Of a stretch of DNA of 64,000 nucleotides, positions 1-13,537 are shown piece by piece; positions within the stretch are counted from its first letter, which is position 1, and each line of letters begins with the position of its first letter. Made by a program: the position numbers and the translations under genes. The notes under the pieces were generated by a model. The model ran no database searches. It was not told the DNA's origin and saw only the letters and a program-made list of their open reading frames with translations. Origin of the DNA: Takakia lepidozioides (lineage: Eukaryota > Plantae > Bryophyta); contig CM060733.1 in NCBI GenBank assembly GCA_030704615.1, positions 13,330,001 through 13,394,000 on the forward strand, read 5' to 3'.

Positions 1-832
1 TCTGCAATGTGGAGAGCACTGTGGAGAAGCAGCTGGACTCAGCTGAATCTGAAAAACTTTTGAGCATGGAAGAATCCTCTGGGTTTGATCAACAAGAGAA
101 TGTTTTCATGAAATAAGCTTAATGGGACCATTCAGGCCCATTTTGTGGCTAATCTTCACTTTCCATCTAAATTGCACTTGCTTTCTTCTATTTTTTGAGC
201 CGTGTTTGTGGGTCTTCTCAATTTCTTTCTTCCCAATGAAATGGACAATTGCGTCTAGTTGCTGTATTTCCCTTATCCTATCTAAACAAGCAGGATCTCT
301 AAATACACCCATTGAGCCATACCTATGGGCATTGATCATCTGGGTATTTTTGTGCACCATTCTTTGCTACGTATGTCTCTTATGTTTATATAGGTTAACC
401 CCCAAGGTTTCAGGTTGTAGGTAGAGACGTTGTATATTGTCTCATGGAGTTTCATTCTTTAAGTGCACAGGAACTGTACAAGGAAATCGAGGGAGTTGCA
501 CTGCTGGCTTGAGAAGGTGGAAACAGATGCAGATCTTCCCCCACTGTTGGCAAACTAGTAGCTTGTCCTCTAGCCAACGATAGCTTGTGCACAGTCTAGA
601 TTGTTGACATTACAGAGAAGCTGGACTGGAGCGAATTAGTAGTGTCTGTTATGGTTAGTGGGGACATTTATTATGTTCTTAACCTGATGATGTTTCAACT
701 ATCTATCTTTTCAATTATTCCTCCATGTCTCAAGTTTTTCTGTAGAGAAACCTCCCCGCAGGAGTACAGGTTCCTTAGGATTGGATGATGGTAATTGGGT
801 CTCTAGCTGACAAGAATTTAATTGATCAACAG

Positions 833-3153
833 GAACGGAGAAAGTTTGGGCCTTTAGGATGGAACATCCCGTATGAGTTCAATGAATCTGATTTACGTAT
901 CAGTGTTCGCCAGCTTCGGATGTTTCTTGAAGAATATCCTGACAAGGTGCACAGTCTTTTCTAACTCTCTGCCACATAGCATCGGACGTTCTCTGCCGAA
1001 CAGATTCACCCCTCTCTCAGTTTGCAGGCACACAGCAGATGTGGCGATGAAAAAGGTGGCAAACAGCACAGACAAATGAGTTATTGGGAACCCTAGTTTG
1101 CTAAGCATACACTTTCTTTAGCAGGAGAACTTATCAGGTTGCGGTGTGAGGCAGGTCCCATACAAGGCTCTGAATTATCTGACTGGAGAGTGCAATTATG
1201 GTGGACGAGTAACAGACGATCACGACCGACGAACACTAGTTACCATACTGGCAGGGCTTTACTGTGAAGCTGTACTCTTGCCCGACTTCTCTTTTTCAGA
1301 AAGTGGTCTATTCCGTGCTCCTCCTGATGGTATGGATACATACCTTGTGCAGTCTCTGATATTATATTCAGGGACATATCAGAGGACAAAAAATGTCTGT
1401 TTTAGTGCCTCGGGGCTATGGTTGGCCTGCCAGGGCTGAGTGTTGCAAATGTATTACATCTAACCCAAAGAAGGGCCCATGAGACAGAATAAAACCACCA
1501 AACCCAGAGAACAATCAAACCACCAACATTGCAGGTACGTCCAGAGATATCTCTGACTTTATCTTGCTTTATATGCCCTGCAGGCAACTACCAAAGCTTT
1601 CTTGAGTTTATTAAGGGGCTATCAGGTCAACCACGGCCAGAGATATTTGGCTTTCATGACAATGCTGACATATCCAAAGATAGTAGTGAAGTTTCCAAGC
1701 TGCTTGTATCACTCTTATTGGCAGTACCAGCCGAAGCTTCTTCCTCTTCAGACAAGGTGGTCATGACACCTGAAGAAGTTATGCAGAATCTTTCCACGGA
1801 TGTACTGGGAAAGCTTCCGCCAAACTTTGATGTTGAACAAGTGCAACTGAAGTACCCTGTCACATACTTGGAATCTATGAACACAGTGCTCTGTCAGGTG
1901 TGTTGTGGCAGTTCTATCTGTGTCTTAAACTAATGCTTTTGTAATCTACATCAGAAATGAGATAGAAGTGTACTGCTGCTGTTTGGTATTATTCGAATCC
2001 TGCTTAGACCTAATATTAGAATTACCCTCAAATTGCAGGAGCTGGAGAGGTATAACAAGCTGCTCTCCATAATTCGAAGCAGCTTGCTGGAACTCCAAAA
2101 GGCTGTGAAAGGCTTTATAGTCATGAGCGCCGATCTTGAGCAACTGGGTCGAAGCATGGTCAATGGGACAATTCCTTTAATGTGGGCAGGAAAATCATAC
2201 CCATCTCGGAAGCCTCTATCAAGCTATGTAACAGATCTGATCGAGCGAGTCGCCTTTTTCCAGAGCTGGGTCACTAACGGACCCCCAACAATCTTTTGGT
2301 TGTCGGGCTTTTTCTTTACACAGTCATTTCTGACAGGGGCAAAGCAAAATTTTGCACGTCGGCATAAAGTGGCAATTGATATGGTAGATTTTGACTTCCA
2401 GATCAGGGAAGACGCGGTACGTCTAATTTCAAGCCGAGCATTTTGTGAATTTTCTCGTAACATGCAGAGTCTTTGGAAGTTAACAACCCTTACGTATGAT
2501 AGCTTGCTGATGGCAGTCCTTTGCTGGGGACTTGCATGCTCAAAGCCCTGGATTGTTGGATTTACAGGAGAGAGATGCTGTACTCAGTGACCATTCCTTG
2601 GGAATGTTGGCTTTGAAATAATCCTTGAGGGCAAAGAGAGGGGGAAGTGGAAGTTTATTTTAACAGAATTTCCAAAAATCAATTGGCCTGAATTTGGTTT
2701 TACCAGTACGAGTCTTCCACTGCTTACTGGAATTATAGCTCTGCTATCTTTGCTTACTCTAACCATTTTCTCCTTGGATGTGTGGCTCCCCTCTCCTTCT
2801 CTACATGCGAATAGAGCTTGCTTACAGAGAAGCCTGACGATGGTCTCTATGTGAGAGGGCTATTTCTCGAGGGTGCAAGATGGGATTACAATGTGCATGA
2901 GATTGGTGAATCCCTTCCCAAGGTTCTCTTCTCGCCTGCTCCAACCATCTGGATGGTTCCCCTAGAGCTTTCCAAATTCCAAGTATATCCGCATTATCTG
3001 GCACCTGTGTATAAGACTAGTGACCGTCGAGGAATTCTCTCGACGACGGGCCACTCTACTAATTTTGTCATGGAAGTGAAGCTGCCATCAACCACGGATC
3101 CGGCACATTGGATTAAGCGTGGGGTTGCACTTCTTACACAGCTTGACACATAG
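833..3153 (+). CDS. Axonemal dynein heavy chain (single-headed inner-arm type), 3' part; exons 833-946, 1155-1329, 1584-1897, 2039-2416, 2815-3153
   Basis: Spliced translation gives [72 protein letters not shown] and [11 protein letters not shown]...[15 protein letters not shown]. All introns are GT-AG with matching phases. The 5' part lies upstream of the window. Confidence 0.95.
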
Positions 3154-4083
3154 CTTTCCTTCCTAATTTCCGTTCTTTCTTTCATACAGTCTTTCCACCT
3201 TTGCGAGTCAAAAGTCGAGACTTTAAGCTGGGTTGTTAGTGCAATCCCTTCCTCCGGTTTTCAGGAGGGTGTTGCTTGTTAAGCCAGAAAGCTTTTTGTT
3301 AGAAAGAGACTGAGTTTTGGGTGTAGCCATATTGATTTCCTTACCAAGGTCATATCGTCTGCTGGGAAGCATGAACAGAGAGCAAGATAGTGTTGTGTCA
3401 GGATTCTAGAAATGGAATTAGACATAAATTTGTAATAATTGATTGGTCTCCATGAGCTATGCCGTTGTGGCTCATCTCCCCTAAGAGGCATACAATCATC
3501 ATTTTGCGAAAATGTTGGGCTCTATGCTATGTTTACATACAATCTCCATCAGCTACCATTAGATGATGGGAAGGAGGAATAGCCAATGCAAAGGCACACT
3601 AATGGATTGGCATGGAAACAAAGTGATGTCTGATCAAGGGAGGTCCCCAAATCTGCTGGGTCACAGTTCATCCAACATGTGACCAGGATTGGGACAATTT
3701 CAGCTTAAGGTACCCTGACCTGCAATTCTCAGAGCCCACAATTTGATGACCATTCTTAATTCTCATGGGATCAGTCGCATTCTGTGGAGAGGTTGACCCC
3801 TGCAAGATCATGAGTGTAATTTCCCTGAAGAAGTCTTGATGTCTAGAGTCCAAATCTTCTTGTCGACGAACAAGGGAGGATGCTTGTTGTATGGCATGTG
3901 CAACAACCTAAGTTGTGCTAGAATCCCAATTGTGAAGGACTTGAAAGTCTCATTAGTTCAAACCAGCCAACTACCAAAATTCAAGTAGCCCCACAGTAGC
4001 TAAAACCCAGTAGGCGAAATGAAAATAAAAGCTAATTATATTGTTGCACTAACTGTACTTGCAATCAATTACTCTGTTGCTGT

Positions 4084-4225
4084 TCTTTTTCCTCTCTTTC
4101 TCTTCCTCTTCCTCCCCTTCTCCCTCCTTTCCTGCTTTTCTTCTTCCTTACTTTTCCTTCTCTTCCTCTTCTTCATTCCCTCCTCTTTCATCTCTTCTTC
4201 TTTCCTTTTTGTCCTTTTCTTCACA
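4084..4225. repeat. Pyrimidine-rich (TC/TTC/TCC) low-complexity tract
   Basis: Almost purely C/T on the + strand. Confidence 0.8.
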
Positions 4226-5089
4226 TTGTTACCCTATGTGCTGCCACAGTAGCACTCCCCTTACCTTGCAACTGTCTAGCACTTCCAGCCCTCTCCTCCT
4301 AAATATATGTGCGTTCCTCAAGCATCCACAAGCACAGGATAAATGACCAAGATATCTGAGAAGGACATCAGTTAGGTGAAGGCCTTCCCACAGGAATAGC
4401 ACTAAATATATTGCATCAATTAGTGAGACCTCTAACTGAAACTGATACTGACACCTGATAGCTTTACTGCAAGTAGGCCATATTTCCGTAGTTCGACAAC
4501 TGATGACTAAGTAAAGGATGCCTGACTCTTGAGTGAGTCCCACCATTTCACAAATTCTCGTAGACACCAAGTGCCCGGCCAGATTTACTGGCTCTATATG
4601 GGTGTAGTCATCCAGACAAAGACAGTTTGGATTCAACATGTAGGTCAGAGGGTTATAATTTCATTGAACACTCTTAACCACTTTTGGGTCAGCATGGAAG
4701 GATGTATCCAAAAGAATATCATTGTGCCCTTCACATGTTATCTCAACAAGCTGACCCAGGCTGACCCATGAAATATGAAGAGCATCTCTGGTGTGTCCTT
4801 TTTTGGTTCTATCATGAGTTTGAATCCAGTACCACACCCCCGCCCGCCCCCCAATTCAAACTGTCTTCATTGCAGTCTGTCGAGAACTCATCTCTGCACC
4901 ACTCGTGTTGGGATAATACTTGAATTGTGGTCCCCACCATGGACACCTCGCAGAAAGTGGGCACAGACTGCCTAAATCAAGTGGCAAATTAGTTTCTTTC
5001 AACTATTACTTCTTGCTCACAAAAAGCATGGCAATTATGCCTCACCTTTGAGGCAACAGAGTTCTTTGCTTGCACAACATGCTTTTGTT

Positions 5090-7333
5090 TCACCAGTAAT
5101 CTCCACAAGAACAAACCCCATTGTGAAAGTGGTGAAAGCGGTGGGAATCTCGTACTACAACTTCTCGCCCAACAATCCTGGATATGAATTTAGTGGCAGT
5201 GTGGCAATCACCACACACCCGAAGGTTCTTGATGATACGGATAGGCATCCTGGCAGGCATGCTGATGAGCCCAAAAGCAATGGCCAGCTTCTCACTGTGG
5301 TAGCACAGAGAAAGCTCCTTTTGCTCCTCCTCCCAATCATGCAATACAAAGCGTGTGTCAGGCACATATCCAGCCTCCCTCATCAGCCCAGACAATCTAT
5401 TCAGCTCAGCGTGGATTTCCTCAATTTTTGGATGCAAGTTGTCATCCACTGTGAATGTATGCATCCGTTTATCGACCTCAATGCAACTGTGTCCTGGTTC
5501 ACTTCTAACACCTCTGTCCTCCATCATTTTTCGCACCTTTGTCTTATCCTCCCACTTGCCAGCCGCAGCATAAATGTTTGATAGCAGGATATAAGCTGCA
5601 GGGTGCAGTGGATCATACTTCAGAATCCATTTTGCTGCACGTTCTGCGAGCTCCACATCACCATGAACTCTGCAGGCACCAAGCAAGGCGCCCCACACTG
5701 AAGAATTTGCTTCCATTGGCATTTTGTTAATAAACTCCACTGCCTCATCCAATCGCCCTGCACGACCAAGAAGATCCACCATGCAGCCAAAATGCTCCAC
5801 TGTAGGTGCCATGCCATGGTTATGACTCATGGATTCAAAGTAGTGGCAGCCTTCATCCAGTAGCCCCGCATGGCTACATGCGGAGAGGAGAGATGTAAAG
5901 GTCAGACCGTCTGGCTTCACCCCTTGTTGTTGCATTTGTTCAAATAGTTGGAAGACCTCCCTACCACATGCATGTTGAGCATATCCTGCAATCATCGCGC
6001 CCCATGAGACGACATCTCGTTGAGCCATGTTATCAAACGCCTGACGTGCATCCTTCACGCTCCCACATTTGGCATACATATCAACAAGGGCATTCTCCAA
6101 ATTAACATATGAAACCATTCCCACTTTCATGATATAAGCATGGACCTCTCTACCCTTTTCCAGGGCTCCTAGGCTGGCACAGGCATTGAGAACGCAAATG
6201 AATGTGACCTGGTCAGGTGTCACAACTTCCTGTTGCATTTGCTCGTAGGTTTTAACAGCCTCCCTACCACACCCATTCTGAGCATATCCAGTGATCATTG
6301 CATTCCATGAGACCACATTCCGTTTAGCCATCTTGTCAAACACTTCACGCGCATCCATTACACTCCCACACTTCGCATACATATCCACAAGCGCAGTCTC
6401 CAAAATAATATCAGACATAATTTTGGCTTTGACAATGTCTGCATGAATCTCTTTGCCCTTTTCCAGGTCTCCTAGGCTGGCACATGCATTAAGAACACAA
6501 ATGAACATGACCCTGTCAGGAGTCAACCCTTCCCTTTGCATTTGATCATAGACCTTCAAAGCTTTCCCACCACAATCATGTTGAGCATATCCTGCGATCA
6601 TCGCACTCCATGAGACTACATCTCGTTCAGCCATATTGTCGAAAACTTGCCGCGCATCCTTTATGCTCCCACACTTGGCATACATGTCAACCAGGGTATT
6701 CTCCAGGATAATATCTGGTGCAATTCCACCTTTCATAATGTCAGCATGCACCTCCTTCCCCTTTTCCAGGGCTCCTATGCTGGCACACACATTGAGAACA
6801 CAAGTGAACATGACCCTGTCGGGCATCAACCCTTCTCGTTTCATTTGATCGTAGATCTTCAAAGCCTCCTCAGCATTCCCGTGCTTGGCATATCCTGTCA
6901 TCATGAAAGTCCACGTAAACATATCTCGTTCAGGCATTTTGTCAAACACTTGCCGTGCATCAACCAAACTTCGACACTTGGCATACATGTTGACAACAGT
7001 GTTGAGTATAAAGATGTCTGGTTTGAATCCACTTTGGATAATGTGGGCATGCACCTGCTTTCCTGCTGCTAAGTCTCTAATTTTGATGCACTCCTGCAAG
7101 AGACAGATGTAAGTATTGGAGTCTACATATGCGCCTCGTTGGTTCAAAATGTGGAGCGCCTCATTCAGTTGCCCAGCCTTACATAGTGTCCACACATCAC
7201 CACAGACTCCAAGTGAATTGTTACTGACTCCCTCTTTTGGCCCTCCTGCAAAACTGGTGGTGATGGTACAGGTGCTTCTCGTGCCTCCAATTGAATGTCG
7301 GACACACGACTGTGCATGACTCAACCCTGCCAT
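5090..7333 (-). CDS. PLS-class pentatricopeptide repeat protein with E1/E2/DYW domains (organellar C-to-U RNA editing factor), intronless
   Basis: 747-aa ORF with repeated L-S-P triplets (MYAKCGS..DARQVFD.M..RDVVSW), then P2-L2-S2, E1/E2, PG box (PGHSCIEV), HSEKLA, CGDCH and terminal DYW. Ser/Thr-rich N-terminus. Confidence 0.97.
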   Translation of the reverse strand: MAGLSHAQSCVRHSIGGTRSTCTITTSFAGGPKEGVSNNSLGVCGDVWTLCKAGQLNEALHILNQRGAYVDSNTYICLLQECIKIRDLAAGKQVHAHIIQSGFKPDIFILNTVVNMYAKCRSLVDARQVFDKMPERDMFTWTFMMTGYAKHGNAEEALKIYDQMKREGLMPDRVMFTCVLNVCASIGALEKGKEVHADIMKGGIAPDIILENTLVDMYAKCGSIKDARQVFDNMAERDVVSWSAMIAGYAQHDCGGKALKVYDQMQREGLTPDRVMFICVLNACASLGDLEKGKEIHADIVKAKIMSDIILETALVDMYAKCGSVMDAREVFDKMAKRNVVSWNAMITGYAQNGCGREAVKTYEQMQQEVVTPDQVTFICVLNACASLGALEKGREVHAYIMKVGMVSYVNLENALVDMYAKCGSVKDARQAFDNMAQRDVVSWGAMIAGYAQHACGREVFQLFEQMQQQGVKPDGLTFTSLLSACSHAGLLDEGCHYFESMSHNHGMAPTVEHFGCMVDLLGRAGRLDEAVEFINKMPMEANSSVWGALLGACRVHGDVELAERAAKWILKYDPLHPAAYILLSNIYAAAGKWEDKTKVRKMMEDRGVRSEPGHSCIEVDKRMHTFTVDDNLHPKIEEIHAELNRLSGLMREAGYVPDTRFVLHDWEEEQKELSLCYHSEKLAIAFGLISMPARMPIRIIKNLRVCGDCHTATKFISRIVGREVVVRDSHRFHHFHNGVCSCGDYW

Positions 7334-8113
7334 CCTGCATGACTCAAAACCTTTAATTAATGGTCGTCATACTGAAACCCACATGCATCTCAGAGCTCTT
7401 AATACGTCAAAGAAAGATTGATTCATGAAGAACCCTTCTATCATCATAAACCAATACCCGTTGTGTTCTCCGCCTGGAGCTTGATGCTGAATCTTAAAAC
7501 CATCGCCAGATTGTCCTTGACCTTGTATCGTGGCAGCTAGAACTTCTCTCACCCAAGGAGGATTTGACCAACTCTCAATCCAAAGGACGTCCTTTGTGCG
7601 CTTATGTCGGAAGTCTGGTGATCTTAGACTTCTCTGCCAAAACCACAACTGAAGAGTGAAAAGCCATATAGCTTCAACCACAACTCTCATAGACCAGGCC
7701 ACAACCAACATCACTCCCAAGCACCTATCAAATAAGCAACAACCTTGAACGGCATACCTTCAACCCACGCTAACAAGAAAACACTACCTACTGAAAGCAA
7801 TACTACAAACCTCTTTTGTGCCTTCATAACGAGGACGAGCAGATTGTTTATAAGCAACTTACCTTTGAATCCACCCCATGAGACATCACCATGGTACCAC
7901 AAGTCCTCCTAAACATACTTTTCATGTCCAAATGAAGACAGGCTAACCTTATCAGACCTGTTGTCCCACCACTGTGAAGGATCTGCCATGAACTCCTGCC
8001 AAAGCCATTCTATGCTTATTGCTTGGCCTGCATACATATGCCACTAACACATACATATTTTTTTCAGCTCTACATCATTGCCTTAGTTCATAAATTTGAT
8101 TGCTCTCTCACAC

Positions 8114-9210
8114 AGACATGGGTGAGGTCATCATGGATGACCTCAAGGGTTTACCCACTCTTGGCACTAGACTGAACAAACTCAGGGTGGGTAGCCTACC
8201 TCTGAACAGCACACAGATGCAGAAAGGAAAGGGGGATTGTACGTGCCCGTTCTGTGGGCAACCTGAAGACAATATCCACTTCCTGATTCACTGTCCTGGG
8301 TACTCCACCAGAGAGACACCCTCTTCAATTCCATTAAGGGAATTGTTCCTGTACCTCTGTTTACCAACTTTGAAAATCTCGAGGCTGAGCCAAAAGCCCA
8401 GGCCCTTTTGGGGTGTCGTTATTGGGCAAATGACACACAGCACATTGATGTTTGCATGAAGGGAATTCTAGAGGATATCTGGAAAACTCGAAAACTCAGA
8501 TTATGTTTCAAGGTAGTCATACTACCGGCGTCAGCCCCTGACAAAGGTAGTCTCTGTCCCTTTGTGTTCCGCTCAAAGTGGGCGCGGGGTCAATGGCCAC
8601 AAGGCTACGGCAAACAATGTCTTATGATTAGATTCTCTCTCAAAGACTGTCCAATGAAAATGAAGTTAGCCATCAAAAACTTGTTTCCAGTCTGTGACAT
8701 GGGCAAGGATGATCTGAAGGGCCTACCTACCCTTGCCACTAGCCTGAAATCTAAACCAAGGTCGGGAACCTACCTTTGAATAATAAACAGATGCAGAGAG
8801 GAAAAGGAGATCGTAATTGCCCAATGTCCGGGCAACCTGAAGACAATATCTATTTTCCGATACATTGTCCAGGGTATTCTCACCCTGAGGGTGTCCCTAT
8901 TCAGGAACACCAAGGACATGGTTCCTGCACCTCTGTTCACCAACTTTTAAAATCTTGAGGCTGAGCCTAAAAAGCCATGGCACTGTTGGGGTCTTCAGGG
9001 CTTTTCACAGACAGCAGATCGATGTTTGTGTGAAGGGCTTTCTGGACACTATCTGGAAAGCCTGAACTACTTGTTCATAGCTAGGTAAGTCACGCTACTG
9101 GAGTGATCTCGTCACAAAGGTAGTTCAGGTCCCTATGTTCTGTCCAAAATGGGAGCGGGTCTATGGCCACAAGGCTCCGGCAAACAAAGTCATATGAGTA
9201 CATTCTCTCT
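8114..9210 (+). mobile_element. Two diverged tandem copies (~8114-8640 and ~8696-9210) of a non-LTR retrotransposon 3' remnant
   Basis: Both copies read like the LINE ORF2 C-terminal zinc knuckle (CPFCGQPEDNIHFLIHCPGY and CPMSGQPEDNIYFPIHCPGY) and share the end atggccacaaggct(a/c)cggcaaacaa...attctctct. Confidence 0.65.
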
Positions 9211-10574
9211 GCCTGCAGACATTATAATGTACCAGTTCATTTCTCTCAAAGCCCCAAGGGAACTAAGTAGGTCGTGTAGTTAATCTATACATCTCTCTCA
9301 GCCTTTTTAAGCTCTCAGCTGCAGTGCTCCAGAGGGACCATAGGACTGAGTGTCACATAAATAGCTGGGAACTAGCTAGGAGCGCACTCGACATGCTTGC
9401 ACTTCTTGGGGCTTGCACAGAATTCTCATCGGATATTTTTGAGCCCTACTCTCACGAAATCTATCCCCCGGGGATATAGTCGACGCAGCATTCTAAAAAA
9501 GTGCATCACTGCATCTTTCTGCAGATGAATAAAAAAAAAGTAAGTATGCCAGCAGTTTCAAATTTCTCTGCTTACGCGTCCAGGACAATTTGGAGCCTGG
9601 CTCACAAAATTCACAAACCTCAAGTATACGCCAAGAGTCCCGTGTCGATACCTTGCTTCGGATTCCTAAGTGTCTCGTGAGATGCCATCGCCAGTACTTC
9701 CACGGGTCTCGGCATCGCCATTCTGGACGCCCATTTCACCTCCTCCACAGCCTGGCCCGCCAATCCGCTGCATGATGTGCGGCCTCCCCCCCATTCACCG
9801 CAAGACGAACACAGGGCCTTGGGCAAGGCCTCCGCCTTCGTCATCAGGAGAGCACCGGAGCATCCTGCCATCTGTGCCTGTGCCTGCGATTAGAGAGCCA
9901 AGATTTTTTTTAAATACAAGAGGAGCTGTGCCCTGCAGACAGCACAGCCCCACGGTAGTCTCCAATGGATTTTCTCTGTAACCTATTCCCGGAGCCCAGT
10001 AATATGGAGGTGTTGTGATCTCATGTTGAATTGCAGTACTCACATTGACAACCCTGTTGTTCAGATGTGATGCCTAAGACTACAAATTCCAATTTAACAT
10101 CAAGTAACCACTGCAGCGCAGTCACGGCCATCTCATCAGTGCAAGTCTGTCCCATCAGCATATCGGAGGCTTCAGGTTGTGGTGCACGGCTGCGTGCTTG
10201 TCAACAGAGTCAAGTGCATCAACAGCTGCTCATCTTGCAAGTATAGTTTCTACAGATACACCAAGGTTGCCTAATAAGATATCTAGTAAGAAAAGGCACA
10301 TCTTCCAGGTGCAAAGATCATGGGCTGGTAGAGTCACTATATACAGGTATGAAGTACCAGACCAGATTGGTATCAGCTATCGCCACTACCTGGCCTATAC
10401 CTGTATTGACCCAGTTTTGTGTTTACTAATATTCTGGCTGATACTCTACCAGTCTGATAGGTGGTTGAAATCTGGTACCTGATACCAGTAAGTATTAGTT
10501 CCATTTTGTCCTAGGAGCTATGACGGTGCACAGAGCACAATGGATATAATTCTAGTGACCACTGAAGGTAGGAG

Positions 10575-10902
10575 GTTAATTTAGTATAAATTTTAGTGAT
10601 GACTGAACACTAGTTAGTATAGAGCAGGTGAGACTGAAGGTGGGAGACTCACTAGTTTAGTATAGAGCAGGAATAAATTTTTAGTGAGACTGAAGGTGGG
10701 AGACTCACTAGTTTAGTGTAGAGCAGGAATAAATTTTTAGTGAGACTGAAGGTGGGACTAGTTTAGTAAGAGCAGGAATAAATTTTTAGTGAGACTGACT
10801 GAGAGGTGAACTGAAGAGACTCACTAGTTTAGTGTAGAGCAGGAATAAATTTTTAGTGAGACTGAAGGTGGGAGACTCACTAGTTTAGTATAGAGCAGGA
10901 AT
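10575..10902. repeat. 56-bp minisatellite, about 5-6 imperfect units
   Basis: Unit ctagtttagtatagagcaggaataaatttttagtgagactgaaggtgggagactca starts at 10652 and 10708, with further degenerate copies on both sides. Confidence 0.9.
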
Positions 10903-11179
10903 AGGGTGTCTTTGTGCCACATCAGCATCACCATGTTTCGTTGCCATGTCATTATTGCCACATTTCGTAGCCACGTTTCATCGTAGTCAATTTTTTGAGC
11001 CTGCCCAGACTGCCCAAAAACCGAAAATAAGTTTTCGAACTGTCCAAAACTGCTTCTTGAACTCTCTGAACAGATTTTCGTGCAGGTGTTGAGCCCTCTA
11101 ATTGCCAACCTATGGTCTGACAGATACAGAGAATTTACTCGTAAGGCATTGTTTGCTCAATGTTGTAGTCTTGTGGCCA

Positions 11180-12782
11180 CACTACTGCAAAAAAAAAGGG
11201 TTAGTGACGGCAGCCGCGCAGCGCAGCGCTGAGCGTGCGACGTAGGCGCCGATTTGCGACACCGGGGCGTGGCACGGCAGCGCCCCGGCGCTGCTTGTGA
11301 TGCCGCCGCGTGGCAACCCAGCGCCGGGATCACCTGCGACGCCGGGACATGGCAAGGTGGCCTCAAGGGCAAGAGGTAGCCCTTTCTTGCCACGTCTGGC
11401 CGTCGCAAAGGGGGGCGGCCCCACTTGCCACGCTCGGGCGTGGCAAGGTGGCTTGAAGGGGGAAATTGCCTCTGAGATGGCCGGACGTGGCAAGGGGGTA
11501 TTGCGACGGGTTTTTTTTGGCTTGCCACGGCGGGGGTTGGCAAGGGGGGGCGGTCTTTTTCTTTGAGTTAAGGGGCAGGGAGAGCAGGTGGGGACGGGGG
11601 ATGGGACTCTGGGGGGGGGGGGGGGCCTCTCTGTTTTTCTTTCTTTGCCCCCCCCCCCCCCCTCTCTCACTCCATCTCTCTCTCTCTCCCTCTCTCTGTT
11701 GGTTGTTAATAGATTTGTTTGCATCATCATCAAGAGAGAGAGAGAGAGAGATGATTGCAAGACCATTGATGAATCATAGAAATAAGCTACAATATGCATG
11801 TACATGTACAATCAATCAAAGGGATAGGTACAGTTCGGTACGAGAATTATTATGTAGCTTTGATTACATGTCTAATCAACTTGAACATCATCATCCGGAG
11901 CTTCTTCATCATCATCAAGCTGCAAGTCTTCTTGGTCATCGGAGTCATCGTCATAAATGGTTCGGCCCTCAAAAGGCACCTCTGAATCATCCTCCACCTC
12001 GTTATCAATGGCGTGTCTTCATCTCCTTGTTCAATATCCATATCTTTTAGAGCTTCATCATATAGGGTCCAGAATGCATTCTCCGGGGCGTTATCATCTT
12101 CTTCTACCCCCTCTACCCCAGCCTCCATCATCAGCATCATTATGACCAGTCCGTCCTTCCACCGTAATTGCCCCACCCTGTGGAGATCTGAGACCATGAT
12201 AGATACGTCTTCTTCTTGGCTGAGCATGCAGAACCACCTTCCAATTCCCCCTCTTGTTTTGTCATCGGAGAAAAAAACTTGTTCCATGTCTGAAGGACAT
12301 GCAAAAGGCTCATCGGAGGGACGATGAGTAGGGTTGAGCTTATCTGCATTAACGCGCATGAAACCACAATCATCTCGCACTAGTGTTGCGAAGGGCCCCA
12401 CAAGATGTGGCTGGAACCACCTTCTCTTAAAGAGAAGAGGTCGGTACCTTGTATACTGAAGTTGGAATATGCTCTCAAGCTCTCCAATGTACTCAAGTTT
12501 GCTCATAGCAGGTCGTATATCTCCCTTACCCCACACGGAGTCTTGCCAATATGTGGCACATAAGCCAGAATCAAACGTTGTTTTGCGCTTCATGTCAAGA
12601 GCACGAATGCGGAAATGACGACCGTGATCCCAAACCACCGTGTATGAGGTCGCGAATTGAGAGGGGCCCCTTGCATGGTCTTGCACCATATCTGAAACCA
12701 CCTCACCTTGAGAAACGGCGTCATAAATTGAAGTCTTGAGCCACTGTTGGAATGAACTTAGAGGCTGCAATTCCACATGCAA
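11180..12782 (-). mobile_element. CACTA (En/Spm) transposon, one end plus transposase remnant; far end not found
   Basis: CACTACTGCAAAAAAAAAAGGG terminus at 11180, GC-rich subterminal gccacg/cgtggc repeats at 11200-11560, and a Tnp2 C-terminal ORF. Confidence 0.75.
11850..12782 (-). pseudogene. CACTA Tnp2-type transposase fragment (DUF4216-like region)
   Basis: YIGELESIFQLQY...LLFKRRWF...DEPFACPSDMEQVFFSDD matches the DUF4216 pattern; frameshifted acidic tail. Confidence 0.75.
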
Positions 12783-13537
12783 ACACTACAACAAATCCTG
12801 GCTTTAACGTCTGCCACATTTGCCGAGTCGTAGCATATATGTCTGCAAAATGCAAGGGGGCAGTTCTGGATGTCAATTGTGACCACCAGAAGATGTATAT
12901 GCCTTTGTATGCCTCCGCCACGTCAAGATCTGCGGTCAAACACATTTGACCAGATAGATTGAGATGGTAGATACGACTACGAGTCATGGCCAAAACTACA
13001 TTATGATGACATGGACATTGCAATGTATGATTGTTAGTATTCACGACTACACGTGGCGATTGTTGGTTGCCCAAGGAATGTCTATGTGGAAAATGCAAAG
13101 ATAAATGGATGAAATAGAACGAGGATGTGACAGCAAATGACGACGTGTCTACATATCATTGCTCGCATGGTTAAAATATTATGGTGTATTGGATGCAAGT
13201 GCATCTAACGGCTGCAAATGATACGACTTCGAGGGTGACGTGGACTTATTGGTGATTTATTTTAAACTCCACAATTCTATTTTAAATTCATGTGATTTGA
13301 AATATATATTAGTAATTAACTACTCATTTAATGACTATGAATATATTTATATATATAAATATATAAAGCTAAAAATACCTTCACATATTAACATGGAATA
13401 TAGAATTATTTTATATATTGTTAGGGTGCAAAACATTCAAAAACTTCAAAAGGTTGGCTCGAATTTAGGGTTGTTAGGTCGCAGAGTGCAGGACTGGGAC
13501 TTAGCATTTTTTGTCTTCTTAGTGCCAAAGCATCGTG

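Noticed and set aside
5048-5581. 177-aa + strand ORF and similar antisense ORFs (e.g. 18869-19513, 32382-33125, 58713-59390)
   Set aside because: Shadows of real coding sequence on the opposite strand
9590-10043. Small gene in a GC-rich patch
   Set aside because: Several short overlapping ORFs, none with a recognisable domain or consistent exon chain
11157-12050. Long Pro/Arg/Gly-rich ORFs
   Set aside because: Products of GC-rich CACTA subterminal repeats, poly-G/poly-C runs and GA/CT microsatellites
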